A stretch of DNA of 64,000 nucleotides from Antedon mediterranea (Eukaryota > Animalia > Echinodermata), in NCBI RefSeq assembly GCF_964355755.1, contig NC_092674.1, forward strand, positions 21,514,001-21,578,000. Reading direction: 5' to 3'. The stretch's first letter is position 1; every line of letters begins with the position of its first letter. Below are positions 1-9,500 of the stretch, in pieces. The position numbers were made by a program, and so were the translations under genes. The notes below the pieces were generated by a model. It was not told the origin of the DNA. It was given only the letters and a program-made list of their open reading frames with translations, and made no database searches.

Positions 1-695
1 TGGGCATTGCAGTACGACAATATTAAAACAACAATATTAAAGGAATTTTTGTTATTCCTGACAGTCAAATAAAAATCACCCAGTTTGCTGATGATACCAC
101 TCTAATTTTTTATGGAACTGAAGCATCCATAACTTATGCAATTAAACTTATAGAATACTTTGGTGATATTTCCGGGTTGACATTAAATAAAGCAAAATCA
201 AGCTTTTTAAATATTGGTAGGCTGAAAAATATAATTAAGAACTTCGCTCCTGATTATAAATTGACCAAAGGACCTGTTAAATTTCTGGGAAAAAACATCT
301 CTTTGGATGAAAGCAATTTGAATTATGAGGCTCAATTTGAAAAACTAAAGACGATTCTGAATATTTGGTCGCGAAGAGATTTAACACAAATAGGAAATAT
401 TGCAATTATTAAATCACTGGCACTTTCTCAATTAACATATTTATTCTCTGTCCTCCCTTCTCCTTCCAATAAATTTATGAAAAAATTGGAGCCAACTCTA
501 TTTAAATTTATTTGGGACGGGAGGCCTGAAAAAGTATGTTGAGAGTCTATGTATAACGATAAGGATAATGGAGGTTTAAAAATGACAAATATTAAAAAAA
601 TTTATGAAGCTTTAAAAATAACCTAGGTTAAAAGATTCCTTGACACAACATCTAATGGAAAATGGAATAAAGTAATTAGAAAACAAATTTTGAGC
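1..695 (+). mobile_element. L1/Tx1-clade LINE ORF2 (RT) fragment, decayed
   Basis: QFADDTTL RT motif near 80-105; ORF 177-542 with 'W.RR.LT..G....IKSLA.SQL.Y' and 'FKFIW.G'; stop codons; truncated at a (TA)n tract. Confidence 0.85.
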
Positions 696-706
696 ATATA
701 TATATA

Positions 707-1170
707 ACAATACCATGAAAGCCTCAGTGGTCTAATGGTTAGGGCAACTGCATATCAAGCAGACGGTCCGAGTTCGAGTCTCGGTTGGGGCGACTTTTTC
801 TCATTCTCCCAGATTTCCTCATCTTTATCGTTTCAAAAATTAATTAAATAATTTTCAGTGTATCACCGGGCGGTTTGGAATTTATTTCTATGCCTGTTGT
901 GTTTATATATATATCGGTTGGGGGCGACTTTTTCTCATTCTCACAGATTTCCTCATCTTTATCGTTTCAAAAATTAATTAAATAATTTTCAGTGTATCAC
1001 CGGGCGGTTTGGAATTTATTTCTATGCCTGTTGTGTTTATATATATATCGGTTGGGGGCGACTTTTTCTCATTCTCACAGATTTCCTCATCTTTATCGTT
1101 TCAAATTAATTAATTAAATTTCAGTATATCACCGGGCGGTTTAGAATTAATGTTCTTTGCCTGATTTGTT
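707..1170 (+). mobile_element. Three 5'-truncated copies of the tRNA-containing (TA)n-associated element (707-902, 914-1036, 1048-1170)
   Basis: Match the 3' part of the full ~360-bp unit; each ends in TGCCT..GTT(TA)n. Confidence 0.85.
721..792 (+). tRNA. tRNA-like cloverleaf, Asp/Glu-type body, anticodon ATC (element-borne)
   Basis: GCCTCAG/TTGGGGC acceptor stem, A box TGGTCTAATGG, CTGC-ATATCAA-GCAG anticodon arm, CCGAG-TTCGAGT-CTCGG T arm, G discriminator, followed by TTTTT. Confidence 0.7.
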
Positions 1171-1191
1171 TATATATATATATATAATATA

Positions 1192-1372
1192 TAAATCCAA
1201 AGGCAAATTACTGAAAAAAATGACAATGCTGTGGGTATCAGTGGCTGGATCTCAATGGAGATACAAAAATAAAAAGCGAAAAGCTAAATCAAAACGATAA
1301 AGTAAACAGCCAGAAAAGTTAGCAGAGCTTTCGGGCAACACTAGCCCTTCATCAGTGCAAGTGAAGGAATTT
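1192..1372 (-). mobile_element. Solo pseudo-LTR of a Neptune-type PLE (continues at 2892-2910 after hAT insertion)
   Basis: Near-identical to the 3' end of the PLE at 56095-56290. Confidence 0.85.
1322..1358 (-). ncRNA. Minimal type I hammerhead ribozyme
   Basis: GCA-CTGATGA-A-GGGC-tagtgtt-GCCC-GAAA-GC-TC-TGC: core CUGAUGA/GAAA/UH, stem I GCA/TGC, palindromic minimal stem III typical of PLEs. Confidence 0.85.
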
Positions 1373-2891
1373 CAGACCTCCCAACTCTCCCGAAAATCGC
1401 GGGAGTCTCCCGATTTTTTTGGTTCTCTCCCGCGAAACCCAAATTTCCCCCGATTTTTTCATTTTTGGATAAAAATTTCCCGATTTTAAATAAGGAACAT
1501 ATACAATATGGCCAAGCCAAGTAATCACATTTTTAACGTTGGATTTTGTTGAATTGACAGGGCGTTGTGAAGTTGGTTGTTTAGTTAAAAGCAAAACAAA
1601 AGCCACACGCAAATACCATTGTTCGTAAAAAGATAAATAAAACAAAGCATACTCGAATAAAACAAAGAGTACTACTTCCCTTCTTTGTTGACTAATTAAA
1701 TACGCCTAGGTGGGTCGCCTAAACAACATGGCATGGTAGGTGTGGGCTGGCAGATAGAATTGCATTCAGCAAGATTTTTGTGAATAAACGACCAATCAAA
1801 TCAATCCCTTGAAAAACCACTTATTGACCACGTATAATTAAAAAAAAAGATGCATTTTTTAATTACTTATCAACTGATCGCCATTCAACTAGTTAAAATA
1901 ATATTACAATTTCAAATAAATAATTTACGATGTCAGCTCGGCCGCCGAAGAAAAAAATTAAGTATGCAGCAAAGTTCAAACCAGAGTTCACAGAAGATCG
2001 ATTATCCATGCATTATTTCGGTCAGAGGTGAACCTAGTTCAGCTAGATGCGCGCACGCTGTGAAATTTGACATTTAATATAAGTCATGGCGGTAGAAATG
2101 ACGTTCAGAAACATGTTTCGGTAAGTTTATTTTATTTTTCATATGTTATGTGCTTTTTTAATGTATAATTAAATAAACTACAAAAGGCCAGAAAATGTTA
2201 GACGCAAGGCTGCAACCGGAAGCTAGGCTAGTAGTGTTCACTTGACTTTGTAGGCCTAGCCTAGGCCTCAACAGTGCCTTTAGGTTACTAAACGGCGTCG
2301 TTCAGTCATTCCAGGCCTAGGGATTGGTGAACCTTAGATAGGCTAGGCGCTGTAGTTGGCCTGTCGATTCGGCTACTAGGCCTGGTGGTGGTCATACGTA
2401 CGTCTAGGTACAAAACTGTATGTTATCTAGGCCTATCTATGTTTTTAAAAATATAATATTTAGCCTAAAAAAAAAATATTTAGCCTAGATCTGTAATTAT
2501 TTATTGAAATTGATATTTTTTACAGACAAAGAAGCATGAAAAAGTTGCAAGAGCTGTGAACCAATGCCAGACTTTGTTGTTCAATATAAACAGAGATCCA
2601 ATAGCAGAAAAGGTTATAAACGCGGAGGTGCTTTCGTATATTGTAGAACACAATCTTCCATTCACCATTACGCAGCACGCAAACCACCTTTTTCCAACTA
2701 TGTTCCCGGACTCAAATGCACTAAATGTGTTATGTTAATAATGTACATAAGATGAAAATAAAATATTGTATTGTAGCATTTATTTTTGTATATCTTTGTT
2801 GTGTAACGCGCGTCGCATAATGCGTCGTAATAATATATTTTTTTACCGAAAAAATCCCCCTATTTTTTGTCAATCCAAGTTGGGAGGTCTG
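1373..2891 (+). mobile_element. Internally deleted hAT DNA transposon
   Basis: TIRs CAGACCTCCCAACT/AGTTGGGAGGTCTG; GAATTT duplicated on both sides; BED-finger-like 'C..C..DI.ISHGG.NDV.KH' exon, GT-AG intron, 'AEV..IVEHNLPF....H...LF..MFPDS'. Confidence 0.85.
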
Positions 2892-2910
2892 GAATTTGGA
2901 TAACGTCATA

Positions 2911-2957
<47 letters not shown>

Positions 2958-2962
<5 letters not shown>

Positions 2963-3681
2963 ACAGGCATAGAAATAAATTCCAAACCGGCCGGTGATAC
3001 ACTGAACATTATTTAATTAATTTTTGAAACGATAAAGATGAGGAAATCTGGGAGAATGAGAAAAAGTCGCCCCAACCGAGACTCGAACTCGGACCGTCTG
3101 CTTGATATGCAGTTGCCCTAACCATTAGACCACTGGGGCTTTCATGGTATTGTTCTTTAACTCGATCGGATAACGACCCTTTAACATTCTCGGCGTGGTA
3201 CGGTTGGAACACAACTAGTCCTCAGTTGTACGCACGTGCACCAGAGATCAAATTGATACGCCCTCATCTATAATTCAGTATATTTATTCACTAAGCGGGA
3301 TCTCGAGAGATACTTTTATATAAACACAACAGGCATAGAAATAAATTCCAAACCGCCCGGTGATACACTGAAAATTATTTAATTAATTTTTGAAACGATA
3401 AAGATGAGGAAATCTGGGAGAATGAGAAAAAGTCGCCCCAACCGAGACTCGAACTCGGACCGTCTGCTTGATATGCAGTTGCCCTAACCATTAGACCACT
3501 GGGGCTTTCATGGTATTGTTCTTTAACTCGATCGGATAACGAACCTTTAACATTCTCGGCGTGGTACGGTTGGAACACAACTAGTCCTCAGTTGTACGCA
3601 CGTGCACCAGAGATCAAATTGATACGCCCTCATCTATAATTCAGTATATTTATTCACTAAGCGGGATCTCGAGAGATACTT
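2958..3681 (-). mobile_element. Tandem dimer of the full-length tRNA-containing element (tRNA cores 3068-3139 and 3434-3505)
   Basis: Two ~360-bp near-identical units separated by a short TA tract and bounded by (TA)n. Confidence 0.9.
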
Positions 3682-3704
3682 ATATATATATATATATATA
3701 TATA

Positions 3705-4252
3705 TGGTTCATGCCTCGCATCTGAAATTGTCTACTCCGCCGACGTCATAACCAATAACGAAACTAAGACATATATTGGTATGACGGGTGGGCAGTTTAA
3801 AACTAGGTTTAACAATCACAAGAAATCTTAAAAAAAAAAACCGTACAGTAAAGAATCCGAGCCCTCAAAGTACGTATGGTCTTTGAAAAGTAATGACGTA
3901 GGCCTAATGTTTACAATTAAATGGAAAGTAATTAAATATTCCTCCACTAAGAACGCCGCTTATGGGCGTTGTAGTTTTTGTTTAGATTAAAAGCTATGTA
4001 TTCTAAATGCAAACAAAACAAATTTGTTAAACAAAAGGTCTGAACTGATTTCAAAATGTCGTCATAGCAAGAAAATTTACATACCACCTGACTAAAGCCT
4101 TATAACACCTCGAGATACGGTATTGTTCAGTCTATCTGCTGAAGATCGTTTAATGTGAAACACCGTGTAATAGACGCCCGTTTTCTATCTAATTCATAAA
4201 TATATATTCGCTTTTGATTTCAATTGAGCACTTTTGCTGCCTCAACGCATCT
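3705..4252 (+). mobile_element. 3' fragment of a second PLE family (GIY-YIG endonuclease end + 3' repeat)
   Basis: YIGMTGGQFKTRFNNHKKS...LLNKRSELISKCRH; degenerate hammerhead 4130-4175 (GTCTAT..CTGAAGA..GAAA CAC/GTG TA ATAGAC); flanked by (TA)n. Confidence 0.8.
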
Positions 4253-4279
4253 ATATAATATATATATATATATATATAT

Positions 4280-4444
4280 GCACTGATAAAGGGCTAGTGT
4301 TGCCCGAAAGCTCTGCTAACTTTTCTGGCTGTTTACTTTATCGATTTGATTTAGCTTTTCGCTTTTTATTTTTGTATCTCCATTGAGATCCAGCCACTGA
4401 TACCCACAGCATTGTCATTTTTTTCAGTAATTTGCCTTTGGATT
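4280..4444 (+). mobile_element. Solo PLE pseudo-LTR; hammerhead at 4280-4316 has a core mutation (CTGATAA)
   Basis: Reverse complement of 1192-1358; lies in (TA)n. Confidence 0.85.
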
Positions 4445-4467
4445 AATATATATATATATCAATATAT

Positions 4468-5868
4468 GTATCAATTTGATCTCTGGTGCACGTGCGTACA
4501 ACTAAGGACTAGTTGTGTTCCAACCGTACCACGCCGAGAATGTTAAAGGGTCGTTATCCGATCGAGTTAAAGAACAATACCATGAAAGCCTCAGTGGTCT
4601 AATGGTTAGGGCAACTGCATATCAAGCAGACGGTCCGAGTTCGAGTCTCGGTTGGGGCGACTTTTTCTCATTCTCCCAGATTTCCTCATCTTTATCGTTT
4701 CAAAAATTAATTAAATAATTTTCAGTGTATCACCGGGCGGTTTGGAATTTAGTTTTATGCCTGTTGTGTTTATATATATATAAAAGTATCTCTCGAGATC
4801 CCGCTTAGTGAATAAATATACTGAATTATAGATGAGGGCGTATCAATTTGATCTCTGGTGCACGTGCGTACAACTGAGGACTAGTTGTGTTCCAACCGTA
4901 CCACGCCGAGAATGTTAAAGGGTCGTTATCCGATCGAGTTAAAGAACAATACCATGAAAGCCCCAGTGGTCTAATGGTTAGGGCAACTGCATATCAAGCA
5001 GACGGTCCGAGTTCGAGTCTCGGTTGGGGCGACTTTTTCTCATTCTCCCAGATTTCCTCATCTTTATCGTTTCAAAAATTAATTAAATAATTTTCAGTGT
5101 ATCACCGGGCGGTTTGGAATTTATTTCTGGTAATACAATGCAAAAAGATAAAATTAAACTTAATCGAATAGGAAATAGAGCAATTAGACTAGTAGGAGAA
5201 AAAAAGTAAAAAGTATCATTGATGATGAAACACATCCTCTTCACAAACAATTTGCTCTCATGAATTCTGGCATAAGACTACGTGCACTTAATACCAAAAC
5301 AAAACGGTTTAGGTGCTCGTTTGTACCTAATGCTATATACTTGTATAACTCCAGAGTACAAAGGTAAAATGTAACCGATAATTTTTATCTAATTTTAACA
5401 ATTTTTAGCCTCTTAACTTTTTGTGTGTGTTTTTGTAAATTGTATTTTATATTTTTGTATTTTGCCAGTTTTCAAATCACATTTCTGTTTTTTAAATGGA
5501 CAATAAAGTATATATGACTATGACTATGACTATGACTATGCCTGTTGTGTTTATATATATATAAAAGTATCTCTCGAGATCCCGCTTAGTGAATAAATAT
5601 ACTGAGTTATAGATGAGGGCGTATCAATTTGATCTCTGGTGCACGTGCGTACAACTGAGGACTAGTTGTGTTCCAACCGTACCACGCCGAGAATGTTAAA
5701 GGGTCGTTATCCGATCGAGTTAAAGAACAATACCATGAAAGCCTCAGTGGTCTAATGGTTAGGGCAACTGCATATCAAGCAGACGGTCCGAGTTCGAGTC
5801 TCGGTTGGGGCGACTTTTTCTCATTCTCCCAGATTTCCTCATCTTTATCGTTTCAAAAATTAATTAAA
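4468..5868 (+). mobile_element. Tandem array of three tRNA-containing elements (tRNA cores 4588-4659, 4960-5031, 5741-5812)
   Basis: Repeated ~360-bp unit separated by (TA)n; second copy interrupted by a LINE 3' end; third copy's 3' end replaced by a hAT fragment. Confidence 0.9.
5129..5540 (+). mobile_element. 5'-truncated Rex/Babar-like LINE 3' end
   Basis: 'IIDDETHPLHKQF....SG.RLR...TKTKRFR.SFVP.AI.LYN' C-terminus, AATAAA, (GACTAT)n tail. Confidence 0.75.
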
Positions 5869-5972
5869 TGAAAAAGTTGCAAGAGCTGTGAACCAATGCC
5901 AGACTTTGTTGTTCAATATAACCAGAGATCCAATAGCAGAAAGGTTATAAACGCGGAGGTGCTTTCGTATAG

Positions 5973-6010
<38 letters not shown>

Positions 6011-6339
6011 ACAACAGGCATAGAAATAAATTCCAAACCGCCCGGTGATACACTGAAAATTATCGTTTCAAAAATTAATTAAATGAAAAAGTTGCAAGAG
6101 CTGTGAACCAATGCCAGACTTTGTTGTTCAATATAACCAGAGATCCAATAGCAGAAAGGTTATAAACGCGGAGGTGCTTTCGTATAGATTTATATATATA
6201 TATATATAAACACAACAGGCATAGAAATAAATTCCAAACCGCCCGGTGATACACTGAAAATTATTTTATTACCGCCCGGGCGGTTTAGATTTAATGTTCT
6301 TTGCCTCTTGTGTTTATATATATATATATATATATATAT

Positions 6340-6532
6340 AAATCCAAAGGCAAATAACTGAAAAAATGACAATGCTGTGGGTATCAGTGGCTGGATATAT
6401 CTCAATGGAGATACTAAAAAAAGCGAAAAGCTAAATCAAAACGATAAAGTAAAACAGCCAGAAAAGTTAGCAGAGCTTTCGGGCAACACTAGCCCTTCAT
6501 CAGTGCAAGTGAAGAAATTTGGATAACGTCAT
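6340..6532 (-). mobile_element. Solo PLE pseudo-LTR with intact hammerhead (6470-6506)
   Basis: Same sequence as 56095-56290. Confidence 0.85.
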
Positions 6533-6533
6533 A

Positions 6534-9500
6534 TGTGATGGGTTTGTCACATGGAAGCCCTCTAGAGTAAAAGAGGAGAGGTGAATAAAGATGGACGACA
6601 ACTACAACGTGTTTTGTTATGTTCTTATTGTTGGTTTCAGCCTAACAAGCGAGCCCGTAATAAATTGGGGGGTCATCCGAGAACAAAGTACGGAATTGTA
6701 GTTGTAGATCGAACTGATGGTAATTTTAGTTACTTATTCTAAGCTGGTTTTAGGCTTAGAGGCGTTTTATAACGAACGAGGTTTGGCGGTCGTCGAGCCA
6801 ATACACTGTGTTGTTGTTTTAGGCTTGAGTAGGCTTGCCTGTGATACTAGAAGTCGGTTTGGTTTTGATTTTAGGGGTCTAGTTATTGAGACCACGGCAC
6901 ACGGTATGTTTAATACTGTGTGGGCTTGGCAGGTATTTCATTACTGGTGCCTTAATTATCGTCATATTGGTTATTATTTTAACCTGTGTTTTTGTTTGTT
7001 TGTTTGTTTCAAATAGAATTGTCAGAAATTGATTTTGACGAGGAATTTTTAGATAACATGTCCATTGAGGTGGCAGCTCAGCTATCAGAGGAACGTTTGC
7101 GACTCCTAGGTACTAGGGTTGGAGCATCTATAAATGATTCTATGAATAAGTCTGACTTGATAAATGTGATTGGAAGTCATGTTGGTTTAATTACTCATGA
7201 ATCCGTAAAAACTGCGGGGAATGAGGTCGAGTTGGCTAGAATCGAGTTGGAACGTGAAAAATTAATTTTTGAAAGAAGAAAAATAGAGATTCTAGAGATG
7301 CAAACTCAAAGAGAAATGGAAAAAGAAAAACATGAATTTGAGTTAAGGAAATTAGAATTAGCTAACCAAATGGCTCACCACACGGGTTTCTACACCTAAT
7401 GATTCAGAGATTACTCAGAATATTAAATGGGTTCCCAAGTTTAATGAGGACGAGGTAGAGACATATTTTTTAGCTTTTGAGAAAATTGCTAATAGAATAA
7501 AGTGGCCTGCTAGACACTGGACTGTGTTGTTACAAACTGCTCTTGTGGGTAAAGCCCAAGAGGTATTTTCTGCATTGGCTGATGATCAATGTGAAAGCTA
7601 TGATGCGGTTAAAACTGCTGTTTTTTTCAGCTTATGAGTTAGTTCCAGAGGCGTATCGTCAGAAATTTAGGAACTTAGGTAAACCTTATGATCCAACGTT
7701 TACAGAATTTGCACGTAAGAAGCAGATTCTTTTTGATAGATGGTGTAGTTCGGAAGGAGTAAACGGTGAATTTGGAAAGCTTCGTGAGCTTATGTTAGTT
7801 GAGGAGTTTAAATCTTGTTCCCATACTGAAGTTCGTACACATCTAGAGGAGCAGAAAGTGGATAATTTAATGAAAGCGGCTTCTGTTGCCGATAATTATG
7901 TGCTCACGCACAAGGTAGTGAATACCAAATCGGTTTCCAAATCTGTTGATGATTTTAAGGTCGAAAGTCAGAAAACTACAGTTAATAGTAGTAGTAAATT
8001 TGTCAGAACTTGTTTTTACTGCAAGTAAAAGGGTCATATAAAGGCAGATTGCTGGCTGTTTCAAAGCAAAGCTAAAGGGAATAATAAGAAACCCCAATCA
8101 CTTCCAAACACGTTAGTAAATACAGTCCCGTTGAAAGTGACAGAGAGTCATGACGTTGATGAAAGTGAGAAGTTGATCCAATCTTCAGGTCTGGAAAAAG
8201 TGCGAAAGCTATTTAAGCCTTTCCTCTCTACTGGTTCTGTAGCATTGATCAACGATGTGAATCTGAGTAAAGTTCGTGTCTTAAGAGACACAGGGGCGTC
8301 ACAACCCCTGATAATAGAATCGGTATTGTCATTTTCAAGCGAGTCTTCTGCTGGAGCAACAAGTGTGCTCATTCAAGGTGTTGAAGGGGGTTATAAGGAA
8401 GTCCCACTTCATGTAATTCGGATTGAAACAGATATTGTTAGCGGAGATTTTGTTGTCGGTGTCGTTCCGAGTCTTCCAGTATGGGGTGTCACACTCCTTT
8501 TTGGGGAATGATTTGGCCGGAGACAGAGTGACAGTAGAACCGGTTGTGTGCAAGAGTCCTGTTGAAGACGAAAGCATGGTGTGTTTAGAGAAAGAATTAT
8601 CACATGTGTTTCCATCATGTGCGGTGACGCGATCTATTGCAAATAAAACCATAGATGAGGATGAGAGTTATTGACTTATGTGATAGTTTTTACGGAGACA
8701 TTACGGATCGCGTTTCCCAAGAGGCTGTCTGCTCAGGTCCCGAGTCACACACTGCCCAGGCTGAACAACAGCACCCAAAAGTGTGTGATTTCGGTCCGAC
8801 AGTTCTCAATCGGTCTAGGTTAGTGGAAGAGCAGAGTAATGATCCTGATTTGGTGTCATTTGGTCAGCAAGCTCTTTCTGTAGAGGAAATGTCTATTGTT
8901 CCTGTTTGTTATTATATAAAGGATGGCATACTTATGCGTAAGTGGAGGCCACCAGATATTCCAAGTAGTGATGTTTGGAATGAGATTCACCAGATAGTTA
9001 TTCCTAGTGGATACCGTCAGGATATTATTGGTATTGCGCATGATGATCGTCTTTCAGGTCATTTAGGTGTCAATAAAACGGTGGACAGAATTCACAGGCA
9101 TTTCTTTTGGCCAAGTCTTAGAAAAGATGTGTCTAACTATTTTAAATCCTGTCATGCGTGTCAGGTAGTGGGGAAGCCTAATCAAAAGGTTCCAGTTGCC
9201 CCACTTAAGCTTATTCCTACATTCGGTGAACCATTTTCAAGGGTGATTGTGTGGGTCCATTACCACGTACTACAATGGAAATGAGTATCTATTAACAATA
9301 ATGTGTGCATCAAGTAGGTTTCAAGAAGCGATTCCTCTTAGGCGTATTACAGCTAAGAATGTTGTTAAAGCATTGGTAAAATTCTTTACATGGGTAGGAT
9401 TGCCTAAAGCTGTTCAGTCCGATCAAGGATCAAACTTCATGTCAAAGACATTTAAACAAGTCTTAGAGCAGTTAGGTGTTGCCCATATAAGTTCAAGTGC

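Noticed and set aside
721-792. Ordinary host tRNA-Asp gene cluster
   Set aside because: Long flanks are co-amplified, several copies are truncated within the tRNA, and the anticodon is ATC with A32; it behaves as a mobile element.
2730-3002. ORFs with IYIYIY runs (also 6190-6405 and the start of 56492-57631)
   Set aside because: Translations of (TA)n microsatellites.
4870-4965. Hammerhead in the tRNA element (CTGAGGA ... GAAA)
   Set aside because: No stem II/III pairing places the two core motifs together.
3009-5871. Repeated 67-aa ORF MFQPYHAE... as a small gene family
   Set aside because: GTG start, runs across the tRNA core, and the subfamily B versions differ in start and end; an incidental frame in a repeat.
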